This document shows, piece by piece, positions 57,022 through 64,000 of a stretch of 64,000 nucleotides of DNA (positions are counted from its first letter, which is position 1; each line of letters opens with the position of its first letter). Position numbers and translations under genes: made by a program. This DNA comes from Oceanispirochaeta sp. (lineage in GTDB: Bacteria > Spirochaetota > Spirochaetia > DSM-2461), in NCBI GenBank assembly GCA_963663385.2, contig CAXXXD010000004.1, positions 352,001 through 416,000 on the forward strand. Reading direction: 5' to 3'. Below the pieces are notes generated by a model. That model saw only the letters and a list, made by a program, of their open reading frames with translations. It was not told the DNA's origin and searched no databases.

Positions 57022-57873
57022 ATGAACGGTTCATCAAAAATCAAACAATTCGCAGTTTCCACTGTATTGGCAGTCGGAATGACTTTTTCCCTCGCAGCAG
57101 GCGGACAGAAGGATATTACTCCCGCAGGAACAGATGCGATCCTAACGGCAGATTACAAGAGTATTCAGGATATTACCCTGGATGGAATTGCCTCCTATAC
57201 AATTAAAGAGGGAAGCTCTTTCTCTCTTGAAATAAAGGGAGATAAAGCCTTTGTTGATGCGGTGTCTGTAGAAAATAACAATAGCTATCTTAAAGTTGTC
57301 GCCCATGCCGACCGGCCCGTAGATGTCACTATTACAGCGCCCTTCCTTGAATCTCTGAATATTTCCGGCGGATCAGAGGGAACAATGGCCGGTTATGATA
57401 TGGACCGTGCTCTGGCTCTCTATGTGAGCGACGACAGTTCCCTGACCATACAGGGAGAGCTGGCAACTCCCGAGCTTTACCTGTTCGCTTTCGGCAGTGA
57501 GTTAAAAGGTTCCGTGAAAACCCATTTTCTGATTCTTGAAGCACATGGGGATGCCGATGTGACCCTCAGCGGTTCTGCTACTGTCCTCAATACGGTACTT
57601 GTAAGCAACAGTAATACTGTTCTGGATGGACTCTCCATACAGGATGCCGATCTTAAACTGGAGAACAGCGCTGTATTGACGGCAGATTTCCCCGGAGTGA
57701 GCAATGTAAAGATTGATGCTTTTGCAAACAGCTCGATTAAGCTTGCCATGGACGGAATCCTGAGTGCCGATATATTTGGCGACAGCGCTCTGATTTACAG
57801 CGGTGATGTGACCTGGGCGGGAAAGCATGTGGCAGATAATGAAGATGATGATGCCTTTATCAAAATGATGTAG
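57022..57873 (+). CDS. Exported DUF2807 (GIN-domain-like) beta-solenoid protein
   Basis: AGGAGG SD before ATG 57022; spirochaete-type signal (AGGQKD); VTITAP.LESLNISGGS ... LIYSGD repeats. Confidence 0.75.
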   Translation: MNGSSKIKQFAVSTVLAVGMTFSLAAGGQKDITPAGTDAILTADYKSIQDITLDGIASYTIKEGSSFSLEIKGDKAFVDAVSVENNNSYLKVVAHADRPVDVTITAPFLESLNISGGSEGTMAGYDMDRALALYVSDDSSLTIQGELATPELYLFAFGSELKGSVKTHFLILEAHGDADVTLSGSATVLNTVLVSNSNTVLDGLSIQDADLKLENSAVLTADFPGVSNVKIDAFANSSIKLAMDGILSADIFGDSALIYSGDVTWAGKHVADNEDDDAFIKMM

Positions 57874-57892
57874 TCATCTGGAATGAATGATG

Positions 57893-57930
57893 GAAGAATC
57901 CCCGGCTGAATCAGCAAGGGGGTTTTTCTT
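57893..57930. terminator. Bidirectional terminator overlapping EAL gene end
   Basis: AAGAATCCCC-GGCTGA-a-TCAGC-AAGGGGGTTTTT. Confidence 0.6.
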
Positions 57931-60235
57931 GTATAATATCCTCCAGAACCGCCGGTCTGGAATACAGATACCCCTGAGCATAGGTCATCCCCAGGCTTTT
58001 CAGCAGCTCATGTTCTTTCTCTGTTTCGATCCCTTCAACAATGACCATATTCTCCATGGATTTCCCCAGATTCAGAAGAGAACGGAATATCTCGATATTC
58101 CGCGGAGCCGCCTGAATATCTTTCACAAAAGTCCTGTCTACCTTGAGGGTGTCAAAAGCCAGGGTGTATAACCTGTGGAAGGAGGATTCTCCCGTCCCGA
58201 AATCATCGATAGCCAAACGGTATTCCCGGTTGATCAGTTCTTCTACGGACTGCCAGAAGTATTGGGCTGTGGAGGAGGCTGAAGATTCGGTAATTTCCAG
58301 TTTTATCCTCTTTTTATCAATCCCGGCTGCATCCATCATGGCATCCAGTTTGTCCGGGAATCCTGACTCGATAAACTGGAGAGGGCTTACGTTGACTGAA
58401 ATAAACCAGTCCCCGGGGATAATTCCCGAGGCGAGAACACGAATTGTTTCCCGGAGGACGAACCAGCCCAACTCTATTATGTATCCATTCTCTTCGGCCA
58501 GGGGGATAAAATCCGCAGGAGACACTATAGTTCCCGTATAGGAACTGTTCCACCGGAGCAGCGCTTCCGCTCCGACTGTTTTCCTGTCCTCCACCCTTAT
58601 AATGGGCTGATACAGAAGATGCAGTTCATCAATAAAACTGTTTTGACTCATCGCCGCATCCAGATTAATCATACGTGAGTTGTTCTCCTGTATCCTGTCG
58701 TTGTAAAGGAAAATCTGATCAATCTGTTTGCTGTTATTGCCGGAAAGGGTTGCCTGGGACATATTGACTGCCTGATTAAGATCTTCAGCCTCGGCAAAAG
58801 CCGCCAGTCCGAATCGAACCCGCAGACGGATATTCCTGTTATGAAGCAGTATGGCCCTTCTGAACTCCTGCAGAAGGCTTCTGGACAGGTTGAGGGCATT
58901 TCCCCGGGGTGTATCCATACAGACAATATAGAAATTAAATCCCCTGCCTCTGAACAGACCGGCATTTTCCGGACAATTTGAAACCAGCCTCCCGGCAAAT
59001 TCCTTAAGGATGCTGTCTATAATATCCCTGTCCATAATGATGGAAAGCTCCCGCATATTCTCAAGAGATACCTGAATCAGATATCTGCTGTCTTCCAGGC
59101 CGTAGGGGGAATCGATGGTTTCAAAAAAAGCGTTAAGGTTATGAAGGCCCGTCACGGGATCGTGGTAGGCTATAAACTCAAGGGCTGTTTCTGCTTCCTT
59201 CCTCTTTTGTATCTCGATTTTCAGAGATGTATTCTCAAAATTCAGCTGCCTGTTTTCAATATCTTTCCGTTTTGTTCGCAGACTCAAATAGTAAAAGAAT
59301 GGCAGCATCAGGCTGAAAAACAGAAATATGATGTAGTTCCTGCTGTAATGTTTGATCAGCCCCCGGATAATCTCTTTCCTGTCCGTAACTCCATACAGTT
59401 TGAATCTTTTGTCTTTTGTTTCTGTTTCCAGGAGGAGGGGGGTGATTCCCTTCCGAGTGAACATCTCAAGGGTTTTTCCCCGGTTGAAGACCTCTGTATT
59501 TTCTTCCTGAAACATGCTTACCCCGCCGGACCCCTTATCTATGCAGGAAACAGCGTAGATAATGCTTCTATCCGACAGAGTAAGGATTAATCCTTCGTAA
59601 TCAGAAAAATCAAACTGTCTGAAAAAGTCTTCCAATAGGGGACGGATAATATCAATAGTGATTACTCCGGCTTTTCTTCCCTCTCTGTAAAAGGGTTTGC
59701 CGACAGTTATATAGGTGTAGTCCGTATCAAAGTAGGGAGCGGTTAAATAAAAGCCATCGGATGCAGAATCCAGAATCTTCTTATACCAGTCCGTACGGTG
59801 ATATTCGTATTCGGGAGTACTCCATTCATAGCTCACTGAAAAGAGTCCTCCCCGGGGATCATTATAATGGATATAGGGGCCGTACCACTGCCTGTCGGGA
59901 CTGAAAACATAGGGTTCGTACCAGATTCCGATTCCATAAATCAGACTGGAGCGGGCCGAAGAAAATATTTTTGTCAGGAATTCCTCATGGGAGGATCTGT
60001 CCAGAGGAAGGCTGTGGCTGAGAGTTGTTGTTGTTTCAAGAAGCTGATAGAGGGCAATGAAGTTGGACTCTATTATTTCCAATGCATAGGAGAGGTGGTC
60101 TGTTCTGTTTTTAACCTCCAGAAGGTACTCCTTTCTGTCATTAGAGTACATATACAGAATTCCCATTATTTGGAGGAGAAAGATAAAGGATATAACGACG
60201 GGTGTGATTACCGGGTTTTTTATTCTCTTATCCAC
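57911..60235 (-). CDS. dCache-GGDEF(degenerate)-EAL c-di-GMP phosphodiesterase, GTG start
   Basis: YGIGIWYEP/DWY/APYFD Cache motifs; YHDPVTGLHN but FRGRGFNF instead of GGDEF; EALLRW, DDFGTG, KVD, EGIE, QG. Confidence 0.88.
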   Translation of the reverse strand: MDKRIKNPVITPVVISFIFLLQIMGILYMYSNDRKEYLLEVKNRTDHLSYALEIIESNFIALYQLLETTTTLSHSLPLDRSSHEEFLTKIFSSARSSLIYGIGIWYEPYVFSPDRQWYGPYIHYNDPRGGLFSVSYEWSTPEYEYHRTDWYKKILDSASDGFYLTAPYFDTDYTYITVGKPFYREGRKAGVITIDIIRPLLEDFFRQFDFSDYEGLILTLSDRSIIYAVSCIDKGSGGVSMFQEENTEVFNRGKTLEMFTRKGITPLLLETETKDKRFKLYGVTDRKEIIRGLIKHYSRNYIIFLFFSLMLPFFYYLSLRTKRKDIENRQLNFENTSLKIEIQKRKEAETALEFIAYHDPVTGLHNLNAFFETIDSPYGLEDSRYLIQVSLENMRELSIIMDRDIIDSILKEFAGRLVSNCPENAGLFRGRGFNFYIVCMDTPRGNALNLSRSLLQEFRRAILLHNRNIRLRVRFGLAAFAEAEDLNQAVNMSQATLSGNNSKQIDQIFLYNDRIQENNSRMINLDAAMSQNSFIDELHLLYQPIIRVEDRKTVGAEALLRWNSSYTGTIVSPADFIPLAEENGYIIELGWFVLRETIRVLASGIIPGDWFISVNVSPLQFIESGFPDKLDAMMDAAGIDKKRIKLEITESSASSTAQYFWQSVEELINREYRLAIDDFGTGESSFHRLYTLAFDTLKVDRTFVKDIQAAPRNIEIFRSLLNLGKSMENMVIVEGIETEKEHELLKSLGMTYAQGYLYSRPAVLEDIIQEKPPC

Positions 60236-60284
60236 TAGTTTTATTATAAACTAAAGTTGATATCTTTGCAGATAAAAAACCTTG

Positions 60285-60863
60285 TTATCCAATGAAAGAA
60301 CCTTCATTAATTTCCCGCTGCCGAACCGTTTCTGAATCCCCCGAAGTGTATTCGATTGGAAACAGACCGGACAGGTAACGGAAGAACTCTTTTCCAGATA
60401 TTTTTTCTCCCGAAAGGAATTGTCTGCTTGCTTCTATTAATGGCTCATATTTATCAAATGCCGAAAGATGAGGGCGCGCCTGCAGCCATTCCAGAAAAGA
60501 ACGGATCTCTCCTGCATAGATCTTACTATCGGCCAGTATCCCCTGTATGTACCCCTGCATCCGCACCAGGTCGCAGCTGTATGAATTCTCTTCCTCTTCG
60601 CAGGCTCCGTATTCTCTGCAGAATTCATGAATAAACTGTCTGTCTTCTTTCTGCAAAATCTGGCAATCCATTACTGAGTCAAGCATCCGAACCAGGTCTC
60701 CCGCCGGGTGATGCCGGATCTTTTCGTAATTGAGCCTCTTCCATTTCTTCAGCATTTCAAGTTCTTTCTGATTGATAATGTCATCAGCAGTAATGCCATG
60801 GAGCAGCCCTTCCAGGGACAGGAGCGCTTTGGTCAATTCGGAAAGGGATGCGTCGGTATTCAT
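60285..60863 (-). CDS. Hypothetical protein with two TerB-like GIxAD repeats
   Basis: LEGLLHGITADDIINQKELEMLKKW / MQGYIQGILADSKIYAGEIRSFLEWL. Confidence 0.6.
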   Translation of the reverse strand: MNTDASLSELTKALLSLEGLLHGITADDIINQKELEMLKKWKRLNYEKIRHHPAGDLVRMLDSVMDCQILQKEDRQFIHEFCREYGACEEEENSYSCDLVRMQGYIQGILADSKIYAGEIRSFLEWLQARPHLSAFDKYEPLIEASRQFLSGEKISGKEFFRYLSGLFPIEYTSGDSETVRQREINEGSFIG

Positions 60864-61041
60864 ACTTTCAAGATACAATAATTAAGTGGTCAAGGGTAGA
60901 AAAATATAGGGGAATCGGCTCTTTCTGGTAAAAATATATCAATTGGCTCTTGATTTGAAAGGAGATCTGAAATACAATCGAAAGCAAATAGAAAGTTAAA
61001 TGTAAATCAATGCAAGGAAATACAGAAGTAAGGAGAGGTTC

Positions 61042-62412
61042 ATGGCGGAAATAGTTGTCATGCCGAAAGCAGGTAACTCGGTAGAGTCCTGTATCATACT
61101 TGAATGGTCTAAACAGGAAGGGGATACCGTAAAAATCGGAGATATCCTTTGTGAGGCGGAAACGGATAAAGCAACTGTTTCTGTGGAATCTACGGCGGAA
61201 GGCGTTTTGCTTAAGCAGCTTTATCAGGTGGATGATGATGTTCCCGTTATGCTGCCATTGGCAGTCGTCGGGGCGGAGGGAGAAGATATCTCTTCCATTC
61301 TGGCAGATGTACAGACATCCGGGGCTGCTGATGCTCCAGTCGAAAAACCTGTCGTGTCAGATGCGGCTCCTTCTGTGGAAGCGGCTCCTCCTGTTGAATC
61401 AAAGGCTGCTGCAGACGGAGAATCCGGCGGATTCGCTTCGCCCCGTGCCCGCAACCTGGCCGCTGCCAAAGGGATAAATCTGGCCGCCCTGGCCGGTTCC
61501 GGTCCGGAAGGCCGCATAATAGAACGGGATGTTCTGTCTGCCATGGAAGGGCAGGCGGCCCTTACTCCCGCTGCTCTGGAAGAGATGATCCGGAACGGGA
61601 AATCCGCTCCGGCACGTGGTACGGGACTGGGCGGACGAGTTCTGAAGTCGGATCTGGCCGAAGCGGCACCTGTTTCCACTGTTTCTGCTGCTGCCGGCAG
61701 CGTCGTCAGCTTCCCCGGACCTGCAGAAGATATAAAAGTAAAAGGGGTTAGAAAGATTACCGCATCCAGGATGCTGGAATCACTTCAGGAAACAGCCCAG
61801 CTTACAATGAATACATCCGCCGATGCCACCCGTATCCTGGCAATGAGGAAACGGCTGAAAGAGTCTCCTGAAGAGATGGGGCTGCAGAAAATTACCATAA
61901 ACGATCTGGTTATGCTTGTAACGGCCCGTACACTGAAAGACTTCCCGGAGCTGAACGCTCACTGGCTGGGCGATACAATCCGCCGGTTCGACAGCGTGCA
62001 TCTGGGATGCGCCGTGGATACGCCCCGGGGGCTTATGGTCCCGGTTGTCCGTTTTGCCGATACCCTCAGCCTGAAGGGAATGGGCGGGGAGACCAAACGC
62101 CTGTTCGGCAAGTGTCTGGAAGGGCAGGTTGATCCGGAGGAACTGACAGGGGGTACCTTTACCATTACCAACCTGGGAGCTATGGGAATCGAGAGCTTTA
62201 CGCCTGTTCTGAATAAACCGGAAGTGGGTATCCTCGGTGTCTGTACCATTCAGCCCAAACCTGTGATGAAGGGAGACGATGTCTCCTTTGTTCCCCATAT
62301 GGGACTCTCCCTGACGTTTGATCATCAGGCGACAGACGGCGCTCCAGCCGGACGTTTCCTGAAAGCCCTGGTTTCCAATCTGGAAAATATCGACCTGATG
62401 CTGGCGCTGTAA
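61042..62412 (+). CDS. 2-oxoacid dehydrogenase E2 (dihydrolipoamide acyltransferase)
   Basis: Lipoyl ETDKA, two E3-binding motifs (GSGPEGRI, GTGLGGRV), DHQATDG. Confidence 0.95.
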   Translation: MAEIVVMPKAGNSVESCIILEWSKQEGDTVKIGDILCEAETDKATVSVESTAEGVLLKQLYQVDDDVPVMLPLAVVGAEGEDISSILADVQTSGAADAPVEKPVVSDAAPSVEAAPPVESKAAADGESGGFASPRARNLAAAKGINLAALAGSGPEGRIIERDVLSAMEGQAALTPAALEEMIRNGKSAPARGTGLGGRVLKSDLAEAAPVSTVSAAAGSVVSFPGPAEDIKVKGVRKITASRMLESLQETAQLTMNTSADATRILAMRKRLKESPEEMGLQKITINDLVMLVTARTLKDFPELNAHWLGDTIRRFDSVHLGCAVDTPRGLMVPVVRFADTLSLKGMGGETKRLFGKCLEGQVDPEELTGGTFTITNLGAMGIESFTPVLNKPEVGILGVCTIQPKPVMKGDDVSFVPHMGLSLTFDHQATDGAPAGRFLKALVSNLENIDLMLAL

Positions 62413-62424
62413 GGACAGAAGAAT

Positions 62425-63759
62425 ATGGATAAATACGATCTGATAGTAATCGGGGCCGGACCGGGAGGCTATATTGCTGCCGAAAGAGCCGGTCATGCGG
62501 GACTGAAGGTTCTGATAATCGAGAAAGAGAATTTTGGAGGGGTTTGTACCAACTGCGGGTGTATTCCCACCAAAAGCCTTCTGAACTCTTCCAAGCTCTA
62601 TAAAAAAGCCCTGCACAGCGAATCCTTCGGCGTTACAGCCGAAAATGTACAGTTCAGTCTGGAAAAGGCCATGGCCCACAAGCAGGATACCATCGAAACC
62701 CTCAGGAAGGGGATTGCCTTTCTGATGAAAAAGAACAACGTCGATGTTGTTATGGCCGAAGCGGAAGTTACTGCCCCGGATACGGTTGTAGCGGACGGAA
62801 AAACCTATACCTGTGACAACCTGATAGTCGCGACCGGTTCGGAAGCCTTTGTTCCTCCCATTCCGGGAGCGGATCTGCCCCATGTTCTGGATAACAGGGG
62901 CATTCTGGAAATCGAAAAACTGCCGGAAAATCTTGTGATCATCGGCGGCGGTGTGATCGGTGTGGAGTTTGCCTCTTTTTTCAGTAACATAGGTGTTAAA
63001 GTATCCGTTGTGGAAATGATGGATGAGATTATTCCCCTGATGGACGCGGATTTTTCGAAAGCCCTGAGAAAGGGGCTGGAAAAAGTGGATTTTCACCTGA
63101 AGGCGAAAGTTACGAAAATCGATGATCGGAAAGTCTATTTTGAAAAAGACGGAAATGAAACAGCTCTGGATGCGGATATGGTTCTGATGGCCGTAGGCCG
63201 GCGTCCCCTTACGATGGGGCTGGAGAAGATCGGTCTTGATGTGGCGCCCCAGGGAATCCGTGTGGATGAACAGATGAGGACCAATCTGCCGGGCGTATTC
63301 GCCATCGGTGATGTGAACGGCAAGTCCCTGCTGGCTCATTCCGCTTCCCGCATGGGAGAAGTGGCGGTTAATACCATACTGGGACAGCAGGACCGGATGC
63401 GCTATGCCGCTGTCCCCTGGGCTGTCTATACGGATCCCGAGGCCGCCGGCTGCGGACTGACCGAAAAGGATGCCAGGGAGCAGGGGTATGAGGTAAAAAC
63501 AGCCGCCGTGCCCATGCGGGCCAACGGCCGTTTCCTGGCGGAATCGGGAAAGAAAGCTCCCGGAATGTGCAAGGTCGTTGTAGACGGAGACAGCGGAGAG
63601 ATTCTGGGAATCCATCTGTTGGGATCCTACAGCTCCGAGATCATACACAGCGCCGCACTTATGCTGGAAATGGAACTGCGGGTTCAGGATGTGAAGGAAA
63701 TTATTTTTCCCCATCCTTCTATATCAGAGATAATAAAAGACACTTTGTGGGAATTGTAA
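62425..63759 (+). CDS. lpdA: Dihydrolipoyl dehydrogenase E3
   Basis: GAGPGGY, GGVCTNCGCIPTK, GGGVIGVE, HPSISE. Confidence 0.96.
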   Translation: MDKYDLIVIGAGPGGYIAAERAGHAGLKVLIIEKENFGGVCTNCGCIPTKSLLNSSKLYKKALHSESFGVTAENVQFSLEKAMAHKQDTIETLRKGIAFLMKKNNVDVVMAEAEVTAPDTVVADGKTYTCDNLIVATGSEAFVPPIPGADLPHVLDNRGILEIEKLPENLVIIGGGVIGVEFASFFSNIGVKVSVVEMMDEIIPLMDADFSKALRKGLEKVDFHLKAKVTKIDDRKVYFEKDGNETALDADMVLMAVGRRPLTMGLEKIGLDVAPQGIRVDEQMRTNLPGVFAIGDVNGKSLLAHSASRMGEVAVNTILGQQDRMRYAAVPWAVYTDPEAAGCGLTEKDAREQGYEVKTAAVPMRANGRFLAESGKKAPGMCKVVVDGDSGEILGIHLLGSYSSEIIHSAALMLEMELRVQDVKEIIFPHPSISEIIKDTLWEL

Positions 63760-63771
63760 GGAGATTAAATA

Positions 63772-64000
63772 ATGGCACAGCAAATTACGGTAGATCCTAA
63801 AGCGGTTAGAAAACCTGATGTTATTAAACTGAAAGATATCCCTGTAAACCAGTACAAGGGCGATATCAAGAACGAAATAAAGAAATACGGCAAAGACGGA
63901 CTGAAGAGAGCCTATTACGATATGCTCATTATCCGGGAATTCGAATCCATGCTCAACTCCATTAAAAAGGAGGGGCATTATCAGGGCATCGAATATAATC
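63772..64000 (+). CDS. 2-oxoacid dehydrogenase E1, N-terminus (runs off window end)
   Basis: AAGGAG SD; MAQQITVDP...YYDMLIIREFESML E1-alpha first helix; not in ORF track because it has no stop in the window. Confidence 0.8.
   Translation, partial: MAQQITVDPKAVRKPDVIKLKDIPVNQYKGDIKNEIKKYGKDGLKRAYYDMLIIREFESMLNSIKKEGHYQGIEYN

Noticed and set aside
61780..63714. 644-aa antisense ORF
   Set aside because: Shadow of E2/lpdA on the opposite strand; no protein motifs

Overview
64 kb of chromosome from an anaerobic spirochaete (Spirochaetales-like, inferred from the DUF5312-like gene, FecR/LPP20 proteins and 'AGGQKD'-type signal peptides). I found no rRNA, tRNA, CRISPR array, transposase or prophage. 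The window is dominated by redox metabolism. (1) A tetrameric HndABCD-type electron-bifurcating [FeFe]-hydrogenase operon carries an embedded stand-alone HATPase and is divergent from rex and a CBS-kinase/DRTGG/PHP cassette, with a Rex box between them. (2) A second, trimeric [FeFe]-hydrogenase has a HydB that has lost its C-terminal ferredoxin domain and carries a GltD/NfnB-like FAD/NADP(H) domain instead; it sits behind a structured 5' leader. (3) Several thiol-redox modules are present: a CcdA-thioredoxin fusion, thioredoxins, and ferredoxin:thioredoxin reductase plus glutaredoxin. Also present are queG (probable CTG start), ychF, a GldAFG-like ABC exporter, an AT-richer sugar ABC/GT-A/YesMN block with a -1 frameshifted gene, an MCP, a REC-STAS-like-REC plus hybrid-kinase phosphorelay, thrH, a uracil permease behind a leader-peptide/terminator attenuator, a sigma54 two-component system with divergent -24/-12 promoters, an EAL phosphodiesterase and the start of a 2-oxoacid dehydrogenase cluster. 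Family assignments come from motif recognition by eye; no database searches were run.
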